The notes under the pieces were generated by a model. It ran no database searches, was not told the origin of the DNA, and saw only the letters and a list, made by a program, of their open reading frames with translations. The position numbers and the translations under genes are program-made. This document shows, one piece after another, positions 8,132-17,320 of a stretch of DNA of 64,000 nt. The stretch is from Candidatus Ozemobacteraceae bacterium (GTDB lineage Bacteria; Muiribacteriota; Ozemobacteria; Ozemobacterales; Ozemobacteraceae), in assembly GCA_965140445.1 (NCBI GenBank), contig OZ223236.1:1088001-1152000 (forward strand). Reading direction: 5' to 3'. Position 1 is the first letter of the stretch. Each line of letters starts with the position of its first letter.

Positions 8132-10081
8132 TTGGAATCAGAAATATTCAAAAAAAATCTGAAGGCTTTACAGCGCCATGTTGGTGCTTTTGGGCTTATA
8201 ATGCAGATTCAAAAGATTTGGAAGAAAGAGCATTATCTGGTTGAACCAGGTAAGAAGCAGGCTCCAACTTTGTCTTATCTTTCTGAGGACGGAGCTAAAA
8301 TAGCTTATCATAGCAGATACGATCCTGTTCAAGAAGCCAAAAAGCAGGCTGATTCATTGTATGATGGACAAACTCATGTTCTAGCTCTTGGCTTTGGACT
8401 GGGTTACCTTGCCGAAGAAATTAATTCCAGAATTGATAAAGTTGTTGGCGGCCCGCAGTTGTTCGTAGTTGAACCAGACCCTGGGATTTTTATGTCGGCC
8501 CTTCTGGCCAGGGATTTAACTGATCTATTGAATGACCACAAACTTGTTTTACTTGTAGGTATGAGTGCAGATCAAATTGGAGATTACTGGAATAGCAAGC
8601 TAGATTGGACTGTTCTGGAGAAATTGGCAATAATTGACCATCCACCTTCAATGAAGAGGTTTATGCCTTTCTTTGAACGAGTGGTAGAGAAGATTAGATA
8701 CCTTTGCAACAGGTCAAAAGGCAATCTGGTAACTTTGATGCATGCGGGGTATGAGTTTCATACAAATAACTTTGCTAACCTTTCAAGCAGCTTTACTATT
8801 CCTGGAATTGCCCGTCTTTTTGGAAAATTTAAAGGTTGTCCTGTAATTATCGTGGCTGCCGGACCTTCTCTTGATAAAAACATGCATTTATTAAAAGAGA
8901 TAAAGGGTCGGTTTCCTATCCTGGCTGTTGATACAGCCCTTAGGCAGCTTGTAGCAAATGGGGTAAAGCCTGATATAGTATGTGCAGCCGATCCATCATA
9001 TGAAAATTCCCTTGATTTTGTGGGGGTTGAAAATGAGTTGGATGTTATTTTGGCGGTCGAGCCCATGACTCATCCAGATATTCTGGAATGTTTTAATGGC
9101 CCTAAGATGACCATGACTTTTGGTGGCGGTTTGTTTCAGATGATGAAAGATTATCGTGAGCCGGTGGGAAAACTCGCATGTTGGGGCTCTATCGCTACTA
9201 CTGTTTTTGATTTCGCAAAGCAGCTGGGTTGTGACCCTTTGGTTTTTATTGGTCTTGATTTATCGTTTGCAGACGGAAGACTTCACGCAAAAGGTTCATA
9301 CTCGGACGATATCTTTTTTGAAAAAGTCCATCCTTACACCTCGATTGAACAGGAAACGGTGGATTACATTAATACTCGCGGTGCCTATAAACTGGTAAAG
9401 AAAGATGGATCATTTCTGTTTACCGATCAAAATATGAAATTGTACAGGGATTGGTTTGAAGATCAGTTCAGGCAAACCAGTCAAAAGGTAATAAATGCTA
9501 CCGAAGGCGGTGTTGTTGACAAGTATTGCGATTTAATGCCTCTTTCAGAGGTTATCAAGCGTTATTATGATTCTGGTGTGGATGTGAAAAAAATCCTTGA
9601 TGAAGCGGTTAATGAACCAGTGAAAGCTGACATTGATGGCTTGATAAAAAAAATGCAGCAGATCAGGATGGTGCTGCGAAAACAGGAAAGTGAAGTTAAG
9701 AAGCAGGTTGGAGTAGCCCGGAGACTGGTAAATTCTTACAAAGATTTGATCGCAGACAGTTTATCGGGGCCGTCCAGAGCGGATTTTTTCGACCTGCTCA
9801 AAGTGCATGATGAAATTTGTGACAGTAAAGATTTGTTTCCATGGTTCTCTATTCATCAGGCAAAGTTTATGACCAGGCATACCATGGAAATTAACAGTTT
9901 AAAGGCTAATAAGCAATCTACTGTTGGGGCCTGGCTTGAAGAAATGGGAGAGTTCTTTAAGGCGATTACAAGATTTCATGAGTATCAAATTCCTTTATTA
10001 GAAGAGGCGATATCTTCTCTCAATAAGGCTGGCAAGCAAACAAAGAATAACTTATCGAGGGAGGTTGGGGCCGATGAATAA
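8132..10081 (+). CDS. motility-associated factor (Maf) flagellin glycosyltransferase family
   Basis: HSRYDP, LGFGLGY, IVAAGPSLDKN, FIGLDLSF and INATEGG motifs of the Maf/MptE-like family. Confidence 0.9.
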   Translation: MESEIFKKNLKALQRHVGAFGLIMQIQKIWKKEHYLVEPGKKQAPTLSYLSEDGAKIAYHSRYDPVQEAKKQADSLYDGQTHVLALGFGLGYLAEEINSRIDKVVGGPQLFVVEPDPGIFMSALLARDLTDLLNDHKLVLLVGMSADQIGDYWNSKLDWTVLEKLAIIDHPPSMKRFMPFFERVVEKIRYLCNRSKGNLVTLMHAGYEFHTNNFANLSSSFTIPGIARLFGKFKGCPVIIVAAGPSLDKNMHLLKEIKGRFPILAVDTALRQLVANGVKPDIVCAADPSYENSLDFVGVENELDVILAVEPMTHPDILECFNGPKMTMTFGGGLFQMMKDYREPVGKLACWGSIATTVFDFAKQLGCDPLVFIGLDLSFADGRLHAKGSYSDDIFFEKVHPYTSIEQETVDYINTRGAYKLVKKDGSFLFTDQNMKLYRDWFEDQFRQTSQKVINATEGGVVDKYCDLMPLSEVIKRYYDSGVDVKKILDEAVNEPVKADIDGLIKKMQQIRMVLRKQESEVKKQVGVARRLVNSYKDLIADSLSGPSRADFFDLLKVHDEICDSKDLFPWFSIHQAKFMTRHTMEINSLKANKQSTVGAWLEEMGEFFKAITRFHEYQIPLLEEAISSLNKAGKQTKNNLSREVGADE

Positions 10082-10502
10082 CGCTTATAATCAAAATACG
10101 GCTTACCGAAAAACTCAAATTGAAACAGCAAGTCCTGAAGCGCTAATACTAATGCTTTATGATGGAGCTCTAAAATTCATGACACAGGCAGAAATAGCGT
10201 TTGAGGAGAATAATATTGAATTAATCAGTAATAAATTGTTGAGAATTCAAGCAATTTTTACCGAACTATTAACCTCTCTGGATAAGGATAAAGGCGGCGA
10301 AATTGCCGTTAATCTCGAACGTTTGTATGTGTTTTTCCTGGAGCAATTAGGAGAAGCCAACGTGAAAAAAGATCCTAAACCTATGCTGGACATCAAACCA
10401 TTGGTGGTCGAGCTTAGAGATACTTGGGTTAAGGCGATGGAGAAAGCTGGTGTGAGTCAGCAGAAAGCTCCACCGCGGCCCAGATTAAATGTGGCTGTAT
10501 AA
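10074..10502 (+). CDS. fliS: flagellin chaperone FliS
   Basis: AYRKTQIETASPEALILMLYDGAL...GGEIAVNLERLY...ELRDTW. Confidence 0.96.
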   Translation: MNNAYNQNTAYRKTQIETASPEALILMLYDGALKFMTQAEIAFEENNIELISNKLLRIQAIFTELLTSLDKDKGGEIAVNLERLYVFFLEQLGEANVKKDPKPMLDIKPLVVELRDTWVKAMEKAGVSQQKAPPRPRLNVAV

Positions 10503-10523
10503 ACCTGGCAGGAGGTGATTGCT

Positions 10524-10703
10524 TTGTCTGGAGTAAGTGGCGTCAGTAGTGGAGCCGGTGCTGCCGATCTGATGAAAGTTCTGGAAGACGGCCAAAAAGC
10601 AGAAATGGACATGGCTAAGAAAATCATCAAGATCGCCAACGCTGCTCAGGTTTCTGAATCCGAGGCAACTGGTCTGGGACAAGCTCTTGATCTATATGCT
10701 TGA
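10524..10703 (+). CDS. YjfB-like putative motility protein
   Basis: Small protein ending GLGQALDLYA; AGGAGG SD favours a TTG start at 10524; follows fliS. Confidence 0.65.
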   Translation: MSGVSGVSSGAGAADLMKVLEDGQKAEMDMAKKIIKIANAAQVSESEATGLGQALDLYA

Positions 10704-10725
10704 ACCGGCTATTGCCAGTTTTTAT

Positions 10726-10762
10726 GAGGCCCGCCAGAAATCCTGGTGGGCCTCTTCCTTTA
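10726..10762. terminator. intrinsic terminator between convergent genes
   Basis: GAGGCCCGCCAG-aaatc-CTGGTGGGCCTC followed by a pyrimidine/T tract. Confidence 0.75.
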
Positions 10763-10764
10763 AA

Positions 10765-12042
10765 TTAATTTACTTCTTCTATTAAGTCTGCCTGGATTAG
10801 CTTGTCTATAATAGGATATAGAAGTTCCGGGGCGACGCCAATTTTCTCGGAAATGTCCAGTAAGCTATGATTTCCATCAGAATAGACAATGAAATTTCTA
10901 AGGTCCTTAACCTGAGCAAAAGTTGCATGTGTACTAATTGAAGGGTATAGCCCGCGCTTTCCAAGCTGCGGTTCACAAAGGCACTTAACTTTATATTTTT
11001 TATCAGCTTCGATTAGTTTAATAGCCTTTTTTAATACTTCCATGGACCCGGCAAGGCCTTCTGGAGAGATAAAATCCAGGTTATCATTGGACGTATGATA
11101 CTCAGGAAACTGCGCATATTTGCTTCTCATTATTGAAACAACTGGCAGATCAACTCCTGGCGAACAATATTGCCGTTCATCGCTTCCACGTGTGAGAAAA
11201 CTATATTTTTTATAATCAGGGAAGTGATTATTTAAAACCGTTTGGGCTACTCTATCAGCATAGGAATTACCAAGGCGGGATTCCAGATATGAATAAGTAA
11301 GATCATCTCCCATGCAGGATAAAACAAAGCCGGCGATGGTATTTTTTTTCATCTGATCAATGTTTTTACTTAAATAAGCAATTGCGCCAATTGTTTCGGG
11401 GATTAGAACAATTCGATAGGAAAATCTTCTGTCCAGTTTTTTTATCCATCTAGCTAGTGCAATCGCAATTGTTGGACCACTCAATTCATCGTTAGCCATA
11501 GAGGGGTGACAAACATAGGAAGAGAGAAGAATTTCTTTTTTGCTTTTTCCGGGGATTAAAAGGTCGGCGTAGGTTAGGTGACCCGGGCCAAGCTTGCTAT
11601 CTATGAAAACTTCGTAATCGCCTGATTTTAAATTACTTCTTTGTTTTTCTGAAATACAAAATCCCCAGCGTTCTTTATAATATGAAGTAACGTATGGAAC
11701 AGCTTCTGGTTGTTCTGGTAGAGAATAAAGGTGCTTTTGTAGCTCTTCAAGACTCAATTTTGTGTGAATCGGGGTTGAGTATCCCAAAACATGTAAGTTT
11801 AGTTCTTTAAAATCGACTATTTTTTTGCCATCAGGGTCTTTTATCCAGGCGTCTTTTATATTCCACTCATTTGGGATTGTCCAGTCAAAGACCTCTGTTC
11901 CTGTTGCAATCTCATGAATTTCCAGCTCTGGAAGCAGCTTTTTAAAATAAGCCAGCGTTTCTCTTACTCCATCTCCGGTAAGGCTTCTGCAAATCGGAAA
12001 TAAATCTTTTATCCATCCATAAACATCGTTTTCAGTATCCAT
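10765..12042 (-). CDS. DUF4910 family aminopeptidase-like polysaccharide-modification protein (Cj1295-like)
   Basis: LFPICRSLTGDGVRETL, PYVTSYY..RWGFC, YVCHPSMANDELSGP, GSDERQYCSPG, YHTSND and a C-terminal winged HTH. Start placed at ATG 12042. Confidence 0.9.
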   Translation of the reverse strand: MDTENDVYGWIKDLFPICRSLTGDGVRETLAYFKKLLPELEIHEIATGTEVFDWTIPNEWNIKDAWIKDPDGKKIVDFKELNLHVLGYSTPIHTKLSLEELQKHLYSLPEQPEAVPYVTSYYKERWGFCISEKQRSNLKSGDYEVFIDSKLGPGHLTYADLLIPGKSKKEILLSSYVCHPSMANDELSGPTIAIALARWIKKLDRRFSYRIVLIPETIGAIAYLSKNIDQMKKNTIAGFVLSCMGDDLTYSYLESRLGNSYADRVAQTVLNNHFPDYKKYSFLTRGSDERQYCSPGVDLPVVSIMRSKYAQFPEYHTSNDNLDFISPEGLAGSMEVLKKAIKLIEADKKYKVKCLCEPQLGKRGLYPSISTHATFAQVKDLRNFIVYSDGNHSLLDISEKIGVAPELLYPIIDKLIQADLIEEVN

Positions 12043-12187
12043 TTGATCATCCTGAGTTTTTATTTTCATTATACATTTCGGCATTTTTTAGTAATGATTG
12101 AAAAAATCTCAAAATATATCCTGAGAAACTAGTTACTGAGATTTTTTGCCTGGAGTTATATTTTAAAGGGCTTTAACTTTAATTTTT

Positions 12188-13891
12188 TTGCAAAATATGG
12201 TTAAAATACTGCTAGAACATTCAGGAGTTAAGGTTATTAAAACAGGAATTCTTTTCTATAGCGATTGCCCGGACGAGAGAGACATTAATCAGGATTTTAT
12301 CGAATCAGATATAAAGGGATTTGGAGATGCTCTGAAAATCCTTTATAAAAGATTTGCGCGCTTTTCTCTTATTAGTGAGTATGTTTTTGCTTGTCCACAA
12401 GCTAAGAATCAAAAGCTCCAGCAGTCCGCAAAAGATGTTGGCGTAAAGGTTCACGAATTTTCTTTGGATTCCACAAACAAAAAGCCAAGGTTTTTATCCA
12501 GATATCATTGGGGAATGGAATCCGATTCAGGAAGTGAATCCTGGATTGGTTCTGTGTTTTTTGACGTTATCGAAAAATTTGGCTGGGATAAGCTTATATT
12601 AATTCCTGTTGGCAACCTCCTTGTGGAGCCAACCGCAGTGATAGATGGTTTGATCCTGCATAACCGGGAAAAGTTTGACGCAAGTTTTTCTGAGGAAAGA
12701 GTTGCAGGTGCAAATTGGGCTGTCCTGGAGGGCGATTTGCTAAGAGCTCTTCAGAAAAATCATGAAGATATTATGTCTGTTCATGGGGGATTATATTGGG
12801 CATTGCGTAAACCTTTGTATCCATTCAAGATTGGAGCATTTCATTGCCCAAGGGTTAGGCCTGTATTAGATGTTGACTTAAGCTTAAAATCTGCCCGAGC
12901 TGTAAGTGTTTTTAACAACTCGGATTGTGCTGATTTTGACTCCTCAGAATTTTCTTATCAGGAATGGTTGAGTAATTCTGGATGGGAAAAGGCATTTGTT
13001 AATTTTTCGCCAGCAAAGTTAAGTATAGAGCCTACAAATATTTGTGGCGCAAATTGCCACGGTTGCCCAAACCCATCACTGAAAAGACCTCGTGGAATGA
13101 TGTTGCCGCAGACTTTCTCAAACATATTTGAACCTCTTAAGGGATTTGAAGACATTAAGATTGAGTTTTCTGGAATTGGTGAGCCTCTTCTAAATGCCAA
13201 TCTTCCGCAAATGGTGAAATTGTCCGAAAAATGGCGTTCAATGCTTATAACTTCCCTGCATCACCTTCCTTCAGAGGACTTTCCGTTTGAATGCTTAAAC
13301 AATTTGAGGGTAAGTGTTGATGCACTTGAGCAGGAAACTTTTGCAATGGTTCGAAATGGGTGTTCCTGGAATAATGTTCAGGAAACTTTATCCAGTTTGT
13401 TTAAACGCAAAGTTAAAAACCCTGAAAATGAGCCTGAAATAGGGGTTTCATTTCTAAAACATCCTTTGAATGATAGACACGCCCAGCCATTTTTAAACTA
13501 TTGGAAGAGAGTTGTAACTCCTGTTTTTCAGCAAAACTTTTTTAAGTGGCCCTTTGATAGCGACCCTGAAAAAGTGCAATGGTTTCAAATCCTTGGATTT
13601 AACGAAAAACTGGGCGCTGATTTCCAAAAGCCTGAATTAAGCTACACTCCAGTTAAAAGACGTTCCTGTCGCTATGCTCTTTTATCTATGACAGTGCTTT
13701 GGAATGGTGATGTGGTAAGTTGTCCTTTCGATACAGAGGGGCAATTAAAGTTCGGAAATGTGAACGAGAAAAATGTGTTAGAAATCTGGAATTCAAGCGA
13801 AATGAAGAAATTCAGAGGCCAGCATCTTATTCAAGATTATAGCCAGAATGAATTTTGCGCTAATTGCAAAGACTGGTATCACCCAAGTTAA
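12188..13891 (+). CDS. radical SAM/SPASM protein with N-terminal cytidylyltransferase-like domain (spiro-SPASM-like)
   Basis: IEPTNICGANCHGC (CxxxCxxC), GIGEPLL, C-terminal C..WNGDVVSCPFD..GN..IWNS..CANCKDW. True start may be ATT 12236. Confidence 0.85.
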   Translation: MQNMVKILLEHSGVKVIKTGILFYSDCPDERDINQDFIESDIKGFGDALKILYKRFARFSLISEYVFACPQAKNQKLQQSAKDVGVKVHEFSLDSTNKKPRFLSRYHWGMESDSGSESWIGSVFFDVIEKFGWDKLILIPVGNLLVEPTAVIDGLILHNREKFDASFSEERVAGANWAVLEGDLLRALQKNHEDIMSVHGGLYWALRKPLYPFKIGAFHCPRVRPVLDVDLSLKSARAVSVFNNSDCADFDSSEFSYQEWLSNSGWEKAFVNFSPAKLSIEPTNICGANCHGCPNPSLKRPRGMMLPQTFSNIFEPLKGFEDIKIEFSGIGEPLLNANLPQMVKLSEKWRSMLITSLHHLPSEDFPFECLNNLRVSVDALEQETFAMVRNGCSWNNVQETLSSLFKRKVKNPENEPEIGVSFLKHPLNDRHAQPFLNYWKRVVTPVFQQNFFKWPFDSDPEKVQWFQILGFNEKLGADFQKPELSYTPVKRRSCRYALLSMTVLWNGDVVSCPFDTEGQLKFGNVNEKNVLEIWNSSEMKKFRGQHLIQDYSQNEFCANCKDWYHPS

Positions 13892-13983
13892 TTTTATATG
13901 CATCACGCAGGTTTGCTATAGCTTGAACTTTTAACTAATTACATTTTGTTCTGGATTTTTTCTTCCACGCAAAGGAAATCTCT

Positions 13984-13991
13984 GCCGATAA
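13984..13991 (+). promoter_or_regulatory. candidate sigma28 -10 element for the FkbH cassette
   Basis: Perfect GCCGATAA in the intergenic region, about 50 nt upstream of the ATG; -35 poor. Confidence 0.5.
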
Positions 13992-14042
13992 TTTAGCTGA
14001 GTAATACTAATTTTACTCGAATTGATTTAATTTGGTTGGGCA

Positions 14043-15854
14043 ATGAAAGAAATTCAAAAACTTATCAGGCAGAAAGAGCTGACCGGGATAGCCGAGTATT
14101 TAAGCATTTTTAGAAAGGTGCAAAAAGAGCTTGTTAAAAAGGATTTTGAGAAGGAGCCCCGCATAAAAATAGCACTTCTGTTTAGCTCTACTATCAAGGG
14201 TTTCAAGGAAACTTTGACCGTAAAATGCTTATTAAACGGAATTCTGCCAGAGATATACCAGTGTGATTATGGTCAGCATTCGCAGGAAATTCTGAATTTA
14301 GATAGTGAATTGTATAAGTTTAACGCCGATTTAATAATTGTTGGGATTGATCTAATTTCTTTTTTGGGGGAGCGATATTTCTTACCCTACGCTTCTACTA
14401 CAGAACAACGGCGAAAGGATTATGACAGCGATTTAAGCCACTTAAAGGACCTTATTAATACTATTAAGGAGCGTTCTTCTGCCAAAATTATTTTCCATGA
14501 TTTCATGGTTCCAGAGCATTCGCCCCTCGGTATCATGGAAAACAAGCAGGAATTTGGTTTTATTGAATCAATCCAAACCTTCAATGCATCTTTGAAGTCT
14601 TTTTATAAGTTAGATTCACAGGTCTTTATATTTGAATTTGATGCTTTTGCAGCCAGTGTTGGTAAAAGCAGATTCATTGACGCGAAAATGTATTATCTTG
14701 GCGATATAAAAATGGATATGAACCATATTCCGCCTCTTTGTGAACAATATATCGGCTATATAAAACCAATGTGTGCATTATCTAGAAAATGTATTGTTCT
14801 GGATCTTGATAATACCTTATGGGGAGGCATTGTTGGGGAAGATGGTGTCGAGGGTATTCAGCTAGGGCCAACTAATGAGGGCCGGCCTTACTGGGAGTTT
14901 CAGAAATATCTTCTTTCTCTTTTTAACAGAGGGGTTATATTAGCTGTAAATAGCAAAAACAACGAAAATGATGCGCTAAAAGCAATTCGTGAGCACCCTT
15001 ACATGGTTCTACGTGAAGAGCACTTTGCTTCAATGAAAATTAATTGGGTGGACAAAATCTCAAACATGAAGGCTATTGCAGAAGAAATTAATATTGGCTT
15101 AAATAGTTTGGTTTTTTTTGATGACGATCAGCAAAATAGAAGCATGATAAATAGCGCTCTTCCTGATGTACTAGTTGTAGATTTACCTGTTGATGCTTCT
15201 TTGTATCCGGAGATTCTTGCTTCAATGAATGATTTTAACTCTCTTCAACTGACCGCTGAGGATTTGCAAAAGGGCAAAATTTATGCCCAGCAGAGAGGTC
15301 GAAATCAGGTTAAAAAGGCCGCTACAAACATAGTAGAGTATCTGGAAAATTTAGAGATGAAAGTAACTATTTACGAAGCTAACTCACTAAATATTCCCAG
15401 GATTTCTCAACTTACGATGAAAACAAACCAGTTTAATTTAACTACAAAACGATTTAAGGAAGAAGAGATCAAATCTCTTGTGGATTCTCCGGATTTTATC
15501 GTTTTCTGTTTTAAGGTGGAAGACAGATTTGGAGACAATGGTATTGCGGGAGTGGTTATTTTAAAAAAGCTACAGGATTGCTTGAGCATAGAAGCTTTTC
15601 TATTAAGTTGCCGAATTATTGGGCGCAATGTAGAAAAAACAATGTTGAAGCATATCATCGATCTCGCTGGTGAGAATGGATTTTCTAAGGTTTGCGGTAA
15701 ATTCATTCCTACATCGAAAAATGCTCCAGCAAAAGATTTTTTTAGCCAAAATGGTTTTAAAAAGATAGGCGAAGATAATGATGTTGAAGTTTGGGAATTC
15801 GATACTAGAAAGTCTTTTAGCTTTCCTGAATATATAAAAGTAATTAAGGGTTAA
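14043..15854 (+). CDS. FkbH-like HAD-IIIC glyceryl transferase/phosphatase
   Basis: VLDLDNTLWGG, SKNN, INW, FFDD, KTNQFNLT, DRFGDNG, LLSCR motifs. Confidence 0.95.
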   Translation: MKEIQKLIRQKELTGIAEYLSIFRKVQKELVKKDFEKEPRIKIALLFSSTIKGFKETLTVKCLLNGILPEIYQCDYGQHSQEILNLDSELYKFNADLIIVGIDLISFLGERYFLPYASTTEQRRKDYDSDLSHLKDLINTIKERSSAKIIFHDFMVPEHSPLGIMENKQEFGFIESIQTFNASLKSFYKLDSQVFIFEFDAFAASVGKSRFIDAKMYYLGDIKMDMNHIPPLCEQYIGYIKPMCALSRKCIVLDLDNTLWGGIVGEDGVEGIQLGPTNEGRPYWEFQKYLLSLFNRGVILAVNSKNNENDALKAIREHPYMVLREEHFASMKINWVDKISNMKAIAEEINIGLNSLVFFDDDQQNRSMINSALPDVLVVDLPVDASLYPEILASMNDFNSLQLTAEDLQKGKIYAQQRGRNQVKKAATNIVEYLENLEMKVTIYEANSLNIPRISQLTMKTNQFNLTTKRFKEEEIKSLVDSPDFIVFCFKVEDRFGDNGIAGVVILKKLQDCLSIEAFLLSCRIIGRNVEKTMLKHIIDLAGENGFSKVCGKFIPTSKNAPAKDFFSQNGFKKIGEDNDVEVWEFDTRKSFSFPEYIKVIKG

Positions 15855-15857
15855 TTT

Positions 15858-16091
15858 ATGGAAAAATTACATAAAATTTTATCTGGGATACTTGATCTGG
15901 AGCTTGAAGAAATCAAACCAGGTCTGGAAAGAGAAGTTACGGAAGAATGGGACTCATTTAACCATCTTTTGATTATTCACGAATTGGAAAAAGAACTGGG
16001 GATAAAATTTGCTATCGACGAAGTTGAGAAAATTAAGACGCTCGAAGACCTGGAAAAAATAGTGTCGGAAAAACTGGCAAAAAATGGGTAA
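15858..16091 (+). CDS. acyl carrier protein
   Basis: 77 aa, acidic, WDSFNHL phosphopantetheine site, directly after fkbH. Confidence 0.92.
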   Translation: MEKLHKILSGILDLELEEIKPGLEREVTEEWDSFNHLLIIHELEKELGIKFAIDEVEKIKTLEDLEKIVSEKLAKNG

Positions 16092-16548
16092 ATCCAGTTT
16101 TAGAAACAAACCTCTGCAGTTTAAAGAGATTCAAGTCGGGGATGTAGTTAGCTTTGACCTGATAGTTGATGAAGCTATGCATTCAAAGTTCGCAGAATTA
16201 TCAGGCGATTTTAGTCCTGTGCATTCAAGTGATGCTTTTTGTTCAGAAACCAAATTTAAGAAAAGGATAGGTTACGCTTTTTTATTGACCTCACTCCTTT
16301 CAAGGCTATACGGCGAATATCTCCCGGGTGGAAGTTCTGTTTGTATTAAACAGGAAGCAAGATTCATCAAACCCTACTACATTGGCGATAAAATAACCGT
16401 AATAGCAGAAGTCTCTGATAAAACTGAAGCCACCGGCTTTGTTGAGATTAAAACTAAAATGTTGAGTAACGACTCTGAGTGCGTATTTAAAGGGCTGGGG
16501 CTAGTACAAGTTTCTTTTGGTAAGGAGTTGTTTCATGGCGCTGTTTGA
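16084..16548 (+). CDS. MaoC-like hot-dog dehydratase
   Basis: FAELSGDFSPVH (catalytic D/H), LPG...Q..RFIKP..GD. Confidence 0.88.
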   Translation: MGKSSFRNKPLQFKEIQVGDVVSFDLIVDEAMHSKFAELSGDFSPVHSSDAFCSETKFKKRIGYAFLLTSLLSRLYGEYLPGGSSVCIKQEARFIKPYYIGDKITVIAEVSDKTEATGFVEIKTKMLSNDSECVFKGLGLVQVSFGKELFHGAV

Positions 16549-17320
16549 GTTTGAAGGTAATGAAATATCACAAAATGATTTTATAGAAGCAATAAAGAAA
16601 GTGGGAATTGAGGCCGGAGATCATATTTTTGTTCATTCGGACATAACTGTGTTTGGCAGTCTAATTACAACAGATAGAAAGTATTTATTAAATTCTCTTG
16701 TAGATTCTTTAAAGCAAGTAGTTGGAGAAGACGGGACTGTTATAATGCCCTGTTTCACTTATAGCTTTAGACGAAATCAGGTTTTTGACAAAGAAAAAAC
16801 CAAATCTACTGTTGGAGTGTTGACTGAGTTTTTTAGAAAAAGTCCTGGTGTAGAAAGAACTGGGCATCCTCTTTTTTCTTGCGCAGTATACGGAAAGAAC
16901 AAGGAATTCTTTCTAAACGTAGGCAAAGATTCCTTTGGATCAGACTCTATCTTTGGAAGAATGCAAGAGAAAGGTGGCAAAATTCTTTTTCTTGGCGCTC
17001 CATTTCAGCGTTGCACACATATACATTATGTTGAGCAATTTTATGGAATTCCATACCGATACATGGAGACTTTCAAAGGAGAGACTCTATTAGATGGAAA
17101 AATCGTTGAAGATACAGCTTCTCAATATGTTCGAGACGTGAACAAAAATGTGGTTTTGCTTGTAGATAAGCTTGAAGACTATTTGTTAAAAAATGGTTTC
17201 TTAAAGAAAGTTTCATTGGGGAATTCTAATATTCAAAGCATCTCAACTGAGGATTTACTTAAAGAAGGCTGCAGGCTGCTAGACCAAGATATTTACTATT
17301 TCCTGAAGGAGAAACCCTAA
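16535..17320 (+). CDS. AAC(3)/YokD-family N-acyltransferase
   Basis: GDHIFVHSD, GTVIMPCFTYSF, RTGHPLFS, THIHYVE. Start at ATG 16535 after AAGGAG. Confidence 0.88.
   Translation: MALFEFEGNEISQNDFIEAIKKVGIEAGDHIFVHSDITVFGSLITTDRKYLLNSLVDSLKQVVGEDGTVIMPCFTYSFRRNQVFDKEKTKSTVGVLTEFFRKSPGVERTGHPLFSCAVYGKNKEFFLNVGKDSFGSDSIFGRMQEKGGKILFLGAPFQRCTHIHYVEQFYGIPYRYMETFKGETLLDGKIVEDTASQYVRDVNKNVVLLVDKLEDYLLKNGFLKKVSLGNSNIQSISTEDLLKEGCRLLDQDIYYFLKEKP

Noticed and set aside
16535..17320. Aminoglycoside resistance gene
   Set aside because: Embedded in an ACP/FkbH biosynthetic cassette with no mobile-element context; an acyltransferase role is more likely.
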